Source of the DNA: Gracilinanus agilis
Taxonomy: Eukaryota
Length of the DNA: 64,000 bases
Assembly: GCF_016433145.1 (NCBI RefSeq)
Contig: NC_058132.1
Coordinates: 610,652,749 to 610,716,748 of the forward strand
Direction: 5' to 3'
Shown: piece after piece, positions 25,901 through 38,385 of the stretch
How positions within the stretch are numbered: position 1 is the first letter of the stretch
Layout: every line of letters starts with the position of its first letter
Made by a program: the position numbers and the translations under genes
The notes under the pieces: generated by a model
Databases searched by the model: none
What the model was told of the DNA's origin: nothing
Seen by the model: the letters and a program-made list of their open reading frames with translations, nothing else

Positions 25901-27736
25901 TATTTCAATCATCCACTCCTGCTCCCCCTCCCCAAAAAATACTAGTGTGTAAAGAAAGGGACAAATCAAAGAGATGACATAGAGGAAAAACAAAAGATTT
26001 GCCAACTGAGTAGCTGATATTTCAATAGTCCTTTAAAATTTGCAAAGCAGTTTACCCATATTATTTCTTCTGAGCTTAACAACAACCCTGGAGGGCACAT
26101 ATAGCAGGTATTATTGTCCACGTTTTTCGGAATATGAAACCAGGAGAAATTGAGCAACTTCAACTAAGTTTCTGTTGAGTCAAGATTCAGTCTCAGGTCT
26201 TCATGACTCTAGGTCCATGGAAGGTAAAATTAAAGCAGCCAATTTGAATTTAACAGTGCTAATGAAAAGTGTTTAGAGGACAGAAACCTGAAGTTAATAC
26301 CTAAAAATGAGACTTTGAAGTTCTTTGTGGTTTTAAACTCTTCAGGCAATCTTCAACCCATAGCTAATCAGGAGATGGGTTTACTTCTCAATGTTAAACT
26401 TTTGCATCAGTAACCAAAGTCAATTATAACTTCTTGGTAGGTTTTTCCCTTGCCTCAAAATTTTTGGATCACTATAAAGTCATTTTTAAAATGTGTTAAA
26501 GGCCCAGCAACGGATGAACAATGGTCAACCCCAAAGGCAAGAAAAACTGGAATTAGCCTTCTGGGAAATTTTTCTAGAAATAACCTTTTTCTAGCCTTAA
26601 AAAATCTCCAGAAGTTGAACTAGTCTTCTACTAAGAATCCAAAGAAAGCCATGTAGGGCTCTAACTTGAGCAACAGACCCACTTAATATAAATTCTCATT
26701 CTCGCAATAACGTCCTCAGGGAATAGCAAGACTCAGTCAATCAAGTATTGCTTTAGTCTTTTTAATGGTTATGTGACTATAACCAATTCATTATTCTAGT
26801 AAAGAATAAATGTTGCAAATAATTTCAAAATGTTAAAACTACAGGTCAGTTCCCAAAGTTTTCCTATGTATGAATTTTTCTGTGTCGGTGATGTCAAATA
26901 TTGATTGAAATCAGTATAGCATTAGCTAGGATTCAGAAATCATGTTCTATAACTACTTTCCCCAAGACTCTGTGCTGAATTCAAGTTTGACCTCTATTAA
27001 AAAAACTCTAAGGCAATGTAGATTCCTCCTGAATAAAGTGGGTTTCATACTCGGTGTTTCTCTCACTTTCAAGAATTGAAAAAGTGGGTTTAGAGTCTTT
27101 AAAAAAATAAAAACCTTAGAGATCTACTCCAAACTGAAATGCATAGAAATGCATAGGTTTGTCATTTGTAGCAAATAGCTACATATTAGTGATAGAACTA
27201 AGAGCAAGATCTCCAAACTTCCAAGCAGGTGTTGTTTCTGCTTTTGAATTAAGATGCTGAGAGAGGGAGGGAGGAAGAGACAGAGAAATATATACATACA
27301 TAGATAAAATTCAAAGATGGAAAGAGAAATAAGTAACTTAAACAATACTAGTATGCATAATGGGAAGGAATGGTTTGTTTCTTCTCATTAGAGATGTAAA
27401 TGAACTAAATTCACAAGTTTTATGAAGACACACATATTGCTTACCCCAATAATAGGTATAACCATAATAACATACTGACACATAGGTAGCTCCTTTTGAA
27501 ATCATTTAAGTTATATCAGTATTTGATATGGAGATGAAGTTTGTCTGGGCACTGGTTTTCAAATCAAGTAAAATAAGACCTTGAATTAAATATCTTCACT
27601 CAGAAAGCATGAGTCTGAAAAAAATATATTCGGTAATAACATTTATTTTACCCTAAAATGCTTTACCCTAGAAGGGAAACAAGGAACCAGTTTGGACTTT
27701 ATTTGTCCACTCATCTTTGTTGAATCACTTTCTTTA

Positions 27737-27798
27737 CTTCATTCTTCCTGTCCCATCAGTGTTCAACCTTCATTCTTCCTGTCCCATCTGTGTCCAAA
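27737..27798 (+). repeat. 31-bp tandem duplication (2 copies, 28/31 identical)
   Basis: cttcattcttcctgtcccatcagtgttcaac / cttcattcttcctgtcccatctgtgtccaaa. Confidence 0.9.
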
Positions 27799-28879
27799 AG
27801 TTATTGTGTGGCAAGGATAGAGAAAAGACTATAGGTTTCGTGATTTCCATTTCCAGATGGGTTTGATTAAGGCGTAGAGAGAGCATGGTGTCCATTTATA
27901 TCTATATTTTGGAGTTGTAGGCAATTGGTGATAACATTCTGCTAATTATACTTGACTCAATAAAGTCTATTATACCCAGATAACTGGGGTCTCATAAAAG
28001 TATCCAGGATTTCATTTAATTGCAATTGAAGGTCATTTTCATCATATATGAAAGAAATATTAGCAGACATCAACTCTCATAATGTACTCAATCAGATAGC
28101 CATGTTTGGTGAGAGACAGATTACTTACCATCCCACAACTTATTTGAGGAAATCATCTTCCCATTCAGTTTAGATCTGATATTTCCCCATTGGCCATATG
28201 CACTCATCTCAATTCACTGGGTATTCATGTATTCTCTTTCTACTTCTGCCCATGCCCTCCAACTGAACACACACACACACATACATATGTATGTGTGTGC
28301 GTGTGTACATACTCTTCATCTTAGCATTGTACAATTTGGCTTGGAGTTCTATTTTTCATAAGTGAAAAATATATACATGCACATGCACACACATGTGTGT
28401 ATTTTTATATACATGTGTGAATACATATTTTATATTCTATATTACACATATATTTTACATTACTCTATTATGATTTATCTTCTGGGATTCAGGTTAAATT
28501 AATTACTTCTGTATGTTTTCTGAATATAATGGATCTTTTTATTCTAAAAATATGGAGACCTTTACTCTGCACAGATGTATAAGACCTTATTATATTCCCA
28601 CTTACTGAGAATTCACAGATGACAAAGATGAGCACAGATTGCAGCTTTCTAGCTTTGTAAATACTTCATGTCATATATTTCATCACACAAAGAAGCAAGT
28701 ATACATTTTGAACTTAATGCAACATTACAGTAAATACTGTTAATGAATTGGTAAATCAAAAGAAGAGTATCCATCTAAACGTGGCTTGGGTAGTAAGTTA
28801 TTTGTTAGTCAGTTAAATCTCATCAAAGTTTTAACAGATAAAATGCCTAATGCATGACATGAATTGGCATTAGTCATCC

Positions 28880-30230
28880 AGTCAATTAAAGTTTATTAAG
28901 TGCCTACTGTGTTCCTGATACCCTGATAATTTCTGGAGATACAAATCAAAGCAAAAGAGACTTTACTCTTAAGGAACTCACAATCTAATGGAGAGGTAAC
29001 ATGCAAACAACTGTATAAATAAGATTTATACAGAAAAAATTGGAGATAATCTCAGAGGGAAGGCACTAATATTAAGGGGGGCAAGGAAAGACATCTTTTT
29101 TTCCATTAAATTTGTTTGTTCTTTAATGTTCCCAGGTATCTCCCTCTCTTCCTATCCTTCCTGTACTAGGGAAAGCATCATTTGACAAAAAGATATATGT
29201 ATATATAAAACTATGTCTTACTTGTTTCTATTTATCAGTTCTTCCTTTAGAGGTAGACATATATAAGTTTTTCTTTAAATGCTGTTTCTATTGCTATATA
29301 TAATGCTATCTTGGTTCTGCTCTTTTTAGTCTTCATGATTCCAGATAGGTCTTTCCATGGTTTTTTAATTAACCTACTAATCATTTCTTACATCACAGTA
29401 GTATTCTATCACAATTATATGCCACAACTTATTTAGACATTATTCAATTTATAAGCATCCCTTTAATTTCTAGTTATTTGTTCCAAAAATGAAAAATGCT
29501 ATAAGTATTTTAGAAATATAGGTTCTATTCATTTTCCCCTGATCACCTTAAGAAACAAACCTAAATGCTGAGTTACAAGGGGTACACATTTTAATAACTC
29601 TGGTCATAATCCCAGATTGCTCTCCAAAATGGTTGGATCAATTCATAGTTCTATCCACATTGTATTAATTAGTGTTTCCATTTTTCCATATTCTCTCTAA
29701 CAGTTGTCATTTTGCCCTTTTATCATTTTAGCCAATCTGATTGGTGTGAGATAATATTTCAGAGTTGTTTTGATTTATATTTCTCAAATCAATAGTGATT
29801 TAGAGCATTTTTTTTCATATGATTATATAAAGCATTGATTTCTTCATCCAAAAATTGTCCATTCTCATCCTTTGACCATTTGTCATCTGGGGAATGACTC
29901 AGAATTTGTGCCATTTTTGTGCCAAATTTATGCCAAAATTTATGAATTTGACAAATTTTTCTCTGTGTAAAACTTCTCAAAGAAGATAAGATTTTAGCAG
30001 GAACATGAAGCAAGCCAGGTAAACCAAGAAGTAGAGATGAGGGAGCATGAGGAGGAAACATTTAAAAAGACAACATTTTGTAGATACAAAATTTTGTGAG
30101 GAACTTCAAGGCAGCCAGGGTCACTGAATCCCAGAAGGTATAGAAGGAAAAGTAGGGGAGAACTAGTTATCAAAGGGTTTTGGATGCCAAACAAAGAATT
30201 TTACATTTGATCCTGGAGATAATAAGGAAG
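28880..30230 (-). mobile_element. L2 fragment split by an L1 insertion
   Basis: Reverse L2 tail at about 28880-29090. L2-like sequence resumes at about 29995-30230 after the L1. Confidence 0.6.
29096..29975 (-). mobile_element. L1 3' fragment
   Basis: Marsupial L1 3' UTR and ORF2 end. ORF 29789-30061 contains EEINALYNHMKK (L1 ORF2-like). Confidence 0.85.
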
Positions 30231-30804
30231 ATCATCATGATTTATATACCATCATTTCAGTTAAAAATATAGAGGTTAATTTTTCAATGTGTGTATGTGT
30301 GTGTGTGTGCACATTAAATGTTACCCCTATTTAAGTAACATTTCATGAATCAATATTCTCAAACAAGTATTCAAGCAGGAGTAAGGCATCGAGATAGTCT
30401 AGCCCCTGGTCTCCGAATAGAACTACAATGTATTCTATATAAAAATCAGCGCATATGATTTGGACAGTATTATTTTTCTCTTCCATGGGATATAATATCT
30501 CTGATGTAATATCTAATCTAGAGTTTGTTCCATGTATATAACCCCCATCACCACAAAGAAGCCCACATCTAGAACTCATAGGCTACACATCATACAAAGA
30601 CACTGAAGGCTGAATGTGCTATCAGTAGAACAGATATGCCACCTAGAAACTAGCTGTGATCCCAAAACATGAGACCTGGTAAAGGACCTGGAAAGCATCA
30701 ATTACAATTGCCCTATTTTAAAGATGAAGAATCCTCTCCCTAAAAGATGGGGTGATTTGCTTTAACATCACAGTCTACACGAACATGGCAAATAGTATCT
30801 TTCA

Positions 30805-30805
<1 letters not shown>

Positions 30806-30843
<38 letters not shown>
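30806..30843 (+). repeat. Poly(A)38 homopolymer
   Basis: Direct count. Confidence 0.95.
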
Positions 30844-30844
<1 letters not shown>

Positions 30845-31852
30845 AGAGAATTTCACTCCTCCAGCACAAAAATTATTTCCCCCTGGTACTGCTGTTCATG
30901 CAAGGCTTAATGGAACATCCCTCCTAGTGAATTTGAATCAATGCTGGTTCTAAGATGCTGAGCAGACCATCATAACTTCCAGAAAACTCACTTCTTTCCC
31001 TTTGCAGAGAGAGAGAGCATCTCTCCTATTTCTGAAGACGACAGGAAGAAAAATTAAAGTTGCTGATTTTGACTTTATTTTTTTCAGCCTTTTAAAAGAG
31101 CATCTTAAAATAACAGACGTGTGACTACTGAAAGTTAGAAAGCTTCATTAGGGAAGACAAAGAACAAGTATATAGAATTTCCTCTTTCTTAATGAGAAGC
31201 TAAACTTTCACAGTGAAGCTTCAAGACATTCCAGTCAAGAAAGCAGAAATCCTGAGTAAAACTTACATTGTTAAAAATCGTTTTGCCAAAGATCTGACAG
31301 GAGATTGAAATGAATTGTTTCTAAATAAGAAACTAATTACCCAACCACAGCTAGCATTTCACCCACAACTCAACCACAGTCTGAGGACTAGCGTGGTTAT
31401 ATTTCAGAAAAGCAACTCAGATCTTCTTTCTCACATTGAGTAAGGTATCTGTGCCTTTAAAAACTTTCATATTTCAAAGGTTTCATAATAGAGAAGAAAT
31501 TGCTAAATCATGCTCTAATAAAAAAAAAATCACCATATTAGCTTCTGAGCTAACCAGAACTGAAATCGGCGAAAGATAAAAAAAAAAAAAAACATCAAAG
31601 AAAAATATGATTTATCAGCTACCACCGGCCAATTTCAGTGACAAAGCCTGAAAGTATGACATTAGTATATTCCTGTCAGTGTTTCACAATACAGTATATG
31701 ATATGGTACAGAGGTTTATCAAATCATAAACTCTAGAACTAAGTGAAAGAGTGCTGCTATCCCAATAACTGAAGCTGTATAATGTTTTATGATTCTCATA
31801 CTTTATACAATATTTCTTATAGAACCTTCCTGGCATAGCAGGTAGTCAAGAA

Positions 31853-32210
31853 TGTTGTTATTCAGTCATTTTTCAGTTGTGTCTAACTCTCTATGACCCC
31901 ATTTGGGGTTTTCTTGGCAGAGATACTGGAGTGGTTTGCCGTTTCCTTCTCCAGCTCAATTTTTTGTTGTTCAGTTGTTTGCAGTTGGGTATGACTCTTT
32001 GTGACCCCATTTGGGATTTTCTTGGCAAAGATACTGAAGTGGTTTCTCATTTTCTTCTCCAACTCATATTAGAGATGCAGAACTGAGGCAAATAGAACAA
32101 AGTGACTCACCCAGGGTCACGTAGCTAGTAAATGTCTGAGTCTAGATTTGAATTCAGGTCTTTGTGACTTCATGTTCAGCATTCTAGCCACCTTACCACC
32201 TGGATGCCCC
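31853..32210 (-). mobile_element. MAR1-type marsupial CORE-SINE with a duplicated RTE-derived tail
   Basis: Two tandem tails (gaccccatttggg...ttttcttggca.agatactg.agtggttt) at about 31853-31958 and 31964-32070, then CORE and head ending gatgcccc. Confidence 0.88.
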
Positions 32211-32296
32211 AAAGGAAGAATCTTATCTTCTTAGACATAAGATTAAGAATATTTTAAACCATCCTTATGGCATTTCCATGAAGTATACCAATTATG

Positions 32297-32817
32297 TCAG
32301 ATCTGGAAGGTAGCCTTTAGGTAAGGCAGGTTCAAGTCTTTTATCTGATATGAGATATATGACCTTGGGTAAGTCACTTAACATCTAAATGCCTGGAGCA
32401 ACTAAATGATCTACTGAATAACAGATAGATTATTGAGCTGAATTTTAAAAAGATCTAATCCTAAGAATTATCTAAACTGATAAATGTACAAATCTTCCAC
32501 ACTTAAGAAACATAATGAAAAAAGAGGTTTGATGGAAAGAATTTGTCTCAAAGACAGGGAGGCATGAGTTCAAATGTTCCTCTGACATTCTACCTAAAAG
32601 TTCCCTGTGGAGATTACTGAACTCAGTGCTTCAGGTAGCTCCACTAAGATTACAGACGTGAATTTGTAGTATTTTCTTTAGTCACAGGTCCAGATTCCCT
32701 GATCATAGTCTGCCCTGCAAAAATCAGTGTGACCCAGGGCAAATTCCATCTTTTCTCTAGTGTTGAATGTGGAAGTTGCTTGCACTGAGAAAATCACAGA
32801 TCTCTCATGCATTTGCA
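32297..32817 (+). mobile_element. Degenerate MamSINE1/WALLSI4-like SINE pieces
   Basis: tRNA-like heads with gttcaa B-boxes and a tail resembling gcactgagaaaatcacagatc; similar to 46765-46962. Family name tentative. Confidence 0.5.
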
Positions 32818-34819
32818 TATCTAAAGCTTCCTAGTCACAAAATAACCTAAAATATCTTAATCCAGCCTTATAGCATTTCCATGAAGTATACCAATTATGG
32901 TACCAACAGCTGGCATATAGAGACAGACAAAGAATGTCAGGTCTGGAAAGAACTTTAATTAAGCCTCTCTTTTTACATATGAAGAGTCTGAGACCATACC
33001 CCCACCATGACCCAGAAGGTAAGGGACTTGTCCAAGGTCACAAAAGCTGTAGGTAGTAGAGCACAGGTCTGATGACCCCAAATCCAGTGCTTTTGCACAG
33101 TAAGGTGACTACCTCCTCTTAAGATTTTTCTGGGCTTTTCATGCATCAATGACAAAGTGATGCATCTGACTAGAATGTCAGATTTTTAACACCTAGTCTG
33201 TGTGATTTCACCATTGCAAATGGGTTCAGTTTTGGTTTTTTTCAGGGCTTTATTCCCCAGGCTCCAAGAGTTTGAAGAACACTGAATTCTGTCCCATCCA
33301 CTCAAAACTACATTGCTGAGTTATAGCTCACTAGGGTTCTTTATGATATTTTCATCTTATTGTTTCTTCGGTGCAGTATCTGTCTTTTGTCTCTTTAATA
33401 GTTCTCTCTCCCGGGAGAATTGTAGTGGCAAAATGCTCCATCCCTCTCCTCCCTCCCACCCCCTCACTTAGCCTTGTTTCCTGGCTGTTGTGACTGACTG
33501 GCACTTCTCTGATATCAGCAATCTGTCCTTCTCCATGTCAAGTGAAATTTTTCAAAGCCATACAGTTTCTTCCTTTTTTCCAAATTACACAGATGGATGA
33601 TAAATGAGAAATCCTCCACACAGAGACATATAGAGACTTGCTCAAAACTACTTAGTAACACTTCAAGGGGCCTTTCCTACACCAGACCTAACTGTCAATC
33701 CAGCTTATCAGTGAAGGACTAATATCTGCCTGTTCAGTATTTTTCATGATTTTGGATGTGATGCTCTGTTGCTGACTTGACTTTATCTTGCACCTAATAG
33801 CCTTTGCCTATGCCTTTGGATTCTCCTTCACAGATTTCCATCAGAAGAAAAAGAAATATATTTTTCCTTCCCAATAATCAACTATTTCTTTGAAAGCCCT
33901 GTCACTTGCCTATCAAAAACAATAACAACAACCAGAAATGGCTTTATCTTTTCAGCTAAAGGGAGATTACTTTCTGTCCTGATCTGTGCTATGATATTTC
34001 TGTTGGCTGCTTTTGGGATCTCTAGAGAGCCCTTCCTTTACAAACTGCCTCAGTTCACCTTGAGGACATTCAGACAAAAATCAGCCCCTCAGTCTACCCA
34101 AATACAGGGAAGAGAGGTAGAAAGCAATGAATGTAGAATTTTGCCTGTTTTTTGAAGCTTCTTAAGTGCTTTAGCATGTGATTTCAGGAATAATATCATC
34201 TCTGAATAAGATCAACATCCTTGTGTTTCATTCCTGATGACTAATTTTCAATATTAAATTAGCTTTTTTGTGTTTGCTAATTGATCTTCCACTATTCTGT
34301 TTTAGCTCAGAGGCAGAGGAAAACAAACAAAGAAGACTCTCCTTGGCTCTGTCCTCCATGTTCCCAGTATTCTCAGATGATCTCATAGAGATTCTCTTGC
34401 TTTTAGACCAAAATATGTCCAAGTACCAGCTCATAACCCTGAAACTAACACCTGAACAGGTGGACTCAAGGGCATTCTTTACAATCTTTACACACAACTC
34501 TCTTCTACACATGTGTGGAGAATTCCTGATGAATAAATGGGAAATAATTTTTTGGATTTTATTATCTTGAAGTACTAACTGCCACAATTAATGTAGTTTG
34601 CATATTTTCCTTTGCCTGTGTAGGGGTTGCCTAAATTAACAGATATATGAGCATTTATCTGTTCCAGTGATTCTGCAATATAAATTTGATGACCAATTCT
34701 TGCTATTGAAAATCTGTATTCCAATGGTTCTGCATTGACTCCAACATTATTAGATACATCATAACAATTCTATTTCTAAGCTCACAATATGGCCAGCTTT
34801 GTAATTATTTGCATTAGTC

Positions 34820-35690
34820 AATCAGTCAGTCAACAAGAATTGATTAAACACTTACTCTACACCAGGCATTGTGCTAAATGTTGGGAATACAAAAGAAGTT
34901 AAAAACATAATCCCTGGATCAGGAGCTCACATTCTCTTTGGGGAAATAACATTTAAATAAATACATACCTATTAACATAGAGAGTATAAATGGAAGGCAA
35001 TCTCAAATATCTAAAGTTGTCTAATCACATGATAATTTAAGATAATTTAATTCAACCTTATAGCATTTCTATGAAGTAAGGGTCAATATAAATGGAAGGT
35101 AATCTCAAAAGGAAGGCATTAGTATGAAATGCCTCTTATTGAAGATAAGATTTGAGATGAGTTTAAAAGGAGACCAGAGAAGCCAAGAGGTAGAAGTGAG
35201 GAAGGACAACCAGTGAAACAACATCAGGTTGAAGCAAATGAACTATTAAGATCATCCCAGGAACCATAAGTGGTCTAGGGTGTATAGTGAAAGTAGTGTA
35301 TAGTGAAAGTAAGATTTAAGAAGACTAAAGAACAAGAAAGGGCCAACTTATAAAAGTGTAAAATATCAAACAGTGCATTTTCTATTCATTTCTAGAAATT
35401 ATAGGGAGCCACTGGAGTTTATTGAGTATAGAGGTGATGTGGTCATATTTGCACTTCAGGAAAATCACTTTGCAGCTGAGTGAAAGATCTACTGGAATAG
35501 GAAGAGACTTGAGGTAGAGAGATTATCAGTAAGGATATTGCAATAATCTAAGCATGAAGTGATAAGAGCCCATACCAGAACTGTGACAGTGTCAGAGAAA
35601 AGGGGCATATATAAGAGATGTTCTGAAAGTAGAAACAGAACTTTACAACTGATTGGAAGTGAATATTCAAAGATGATCTTGAGGTCTCCA
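34820..35690 (-). mobile_element. L2 LINE fragment
   Basis: Reverse L2 tail (agtcaacaagaattgattaaacacttactctacaccaggcattgtgctaaatg) and L2 body (gagccactggagtttattgag...ggaaaatcactttgcagc). Confidence 0.82.
35280..35311 (+). repeat. Perfect 16-bp tandem duplication
   Basis: gtgtatagtgaaagta x2. Confidence 0.9.
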
Positions 35691-36099
35691 ACCCAGAAGT
35701 CACCACAAACTTAGAGTATTTTTAATCAATGAGAAAGCAAATGACACATCAACTAAATTTTAATAAAAAAAAAAAAAAAGAATCGGGCTCATTCTTCATG
35801 TGAAGAGTTGTCAGTCCACTATGTAGATGGAATAAGTAAATGACTAGCTAACTACTTGAAAGGCTAGGATTCTGGAAAATGCTAAAGTCTGGACAAAGAG
35901 GGGTCACACCTGGGAGTTTCCCAAATCAAGACGTACTGACATCAGAACTTTTTAAATTCAGTGTTCTAAATCTTCTGTCAGTATTTGAAAGTAATAAGAC
36001 TTGTTGAAGAAAATGTGAATACTCGCCATAGACATACTCCACTTGTTGCTAGCACAAGAGAAATTTGGTGATTGGGTATCCTTGCCATCTGGTATTATC

Positions 36100-36480
36100 T
36101 TCTCCTTCATAAAAATTTTTCAACTTTCTGAAACTTATTTCCTTACCGATTGTTTAATTCTTGAATTAAGAAGATCTGTTTCAAATCTTGACTCTGTCAC
36201 TTCCTGCATATGTTTCCATCTCTTTCTCTGTAAATTAATATAATAATACTTGCACTGCCTAACTCAAAGAATTGTTAATAATAAAAGCTTATTATTTGTT
36301 CAGGACCATAACTATATAGTCTTACATGAGCCTCAAAACCCTGAGATAGGTAGTATAGGTCCTATTATCCCCATCTTACAAATAAAGAAACTAAGGCATG
36401 GAGAGGTTAGATGACTTTTCTAGAGTCAAACAACTAGTAAATTTTAGAGATGGACTTTAAACCCAAGCCTTTCCTATGAC
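36100..36480. mobile_element. Two adjacent MIR fragments in opposite orientation
   Basis: + strand core about 36100-36290; - strand core (catcttacaaataaagaaactaaggcatggagaggttagatgac) about 36320-36480. Confidence 0.6.
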
Positions 36481-37569
36481 AAGATGTAGTATACTACTTT
36501 TTATTATACAATATAGCTCCTCTTATTACAAGGAAAGAACTTTAAACATTAAAGCCCTATGTAAACTTCAAGTATTATTAATGATAATGCAATTATCAAT
36601 GATAATACAAACAAGTGGAATAACCTTGGCAAGAGCCTATTGTTTTCCTCAATTATGGACTTTAGTCCTTTTTAAGAATATCTGAATAGTGTGCTAAGTA
36701 GAAACTACAAGACAAGAGGGGAAATTATAGACATCTTGGGACACTTGTACATCTGTAAAACTTGGACATTAGAGATGAAACCCATCCAAGATTTTCATAT
36801 GTCTCATGGGACCGAGGTCTATGTCCCTTTCTTAGAGGAAAAAGCTGATAGAACCAATACCTTTGCATCATATATGATGCATAATTTATCCAATTCTTAG
36901 TGGCAGCTAAAGCAGTAAACATTTAGATTTATATGGCACACTGTTTTAAAAGCACCTTATGAAAATAACTCATTTGATCCTCACCACAAGAATGTGATTT
37001 ATGTATTATTGTTTGTTTCTTTTTGGACATGGGGAATCACTCCTGTCTGAAACTCCTCTGTAATTTTCTGTCTTAGGCAGTTAGGGGCACTGAGCAATAG
37101 AATAATTTGTTTATGTCTGACAGAGGACTTAAATCCAGGTTTTCCTGAATGCATGGATGGATTTTTATTCACAATGCCATGCTTCTTCTCATGAAGAAGG
37201 CAATGCAAGTATTATTATCATATCCATTTTGCACATTATGAAAGGAAGCCCCAGAAAAGTTGAGGGCTTGCCCATGGTTATACAGTCTTCTATAATAAAT
37301 TTGTTCACAAATTTTCCAACGTGAGACACTAGCATAATTTCTCAACTGACCCCAAAGATATTATTATTGTTTGCCATGGCTGGATTTCTTACAAATTGGT
37401 TGGACAAGATAATTTTCTTCATGTCAATACAGAGCTATAATCATTTGTTTTCTAGGTATTCATTTCACTTAAATGTTTGAATTTTCACTTATACTGTGAA
37501 CCCTAAAAAATCTGCATATATTTTATTACTGGCCTCTTGAAAGTTATTTTATTTTCTGCTGTCATCATA

Positions 37570-38385
37570 GTTTTTTTTATTAATAGCATTTATTTACAAA
37601 TGTCTCAGCCCATTCCTCCCCTCCCAACATTATAGAAGGCATCATCCCAGAGACATACATTTATGTATCAATTATGTTTTTATGTTTCCATTTTTTGAAG
37701 GTGATACACACAAATTATTCTTCAAATATTAAATCTGTAGCTGTATATATTTCTCTCTTGGTTCTACTCATTTTGCTATTCATGATCCAAAGTAGTTCTT
37801 TCCAAGTTGTTTTTTTAATTAGCCTGTTCATTGTTTCTTAAAGCACAGCAATATTCCATCACCATCATATACCACAATTTGCTTAGCAACTCCCCAATTT
37901 ATGGGCATTCTCTCAATTTCTAGTTTTTTGCCACCACAAAGAGAGCCACCATAAATATTTTTGCATCCTAGAAGTTCTTTTCCTTTTACCCTGATATCCT
38001 TTTGGAAACCAACCTAGTAATGGAATTGCTGGGTCTAAGGGTTTGCAGTTTTATAATTCTCTGGATATAATTCCAGATTACTCTTCAAAATGGTTGGATC
38101 AGTTCACAGTTCCACCAAAAGTGTATTAGCGTCTCCATTTTTCCACATACTCTCCAACATTTGTAATTTTGCCTTTTTGACATCTTAGCCAACCTTATAG
38201 GGGTGAGTTGAGATCCCAGAATTGTTTTGGTTTGCATTTCTCTAATCAGAAGTGATTTAGAGCATTTTCCTTTCATTAACCTATATATATGGCTTTTATT
38301 TCTTCATCTGAAAACTGTCTATTCATATCTTTTGCCATTTATCAATTTGGGGCAGGGATAGCTCTTATTCTCATAAGTTTGACAG
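37570..38385 (-). mobile_element. L1 3' fragment
   Basis: ORF 38085-38276 KCSKSLLIREMQTKT...LTPIRLAKM...KCWRVCGKMETLIHFWWNCELIQPF is the L1 ORF2 Cys-rich C-terminal region. Confidence 0.92.

Noticed and set aside
27737-27798. 31-bp tandem duplication as a CRISPR-like or functional array
   Set aside because: Only two adjacent copies with no spacer; ordinary slippage in a eukaryotic intron.
29905-29950. Short degenerate 11-12-bp repeats (tgtgcca.attt)
   Set aside because: Local slippage within a decayed L1.
30343-30579. 78-aa minus-strand ORF with protein-like composition
   Set aside because: No family I recognise and no supporting splice structure; length is within chance for this window.
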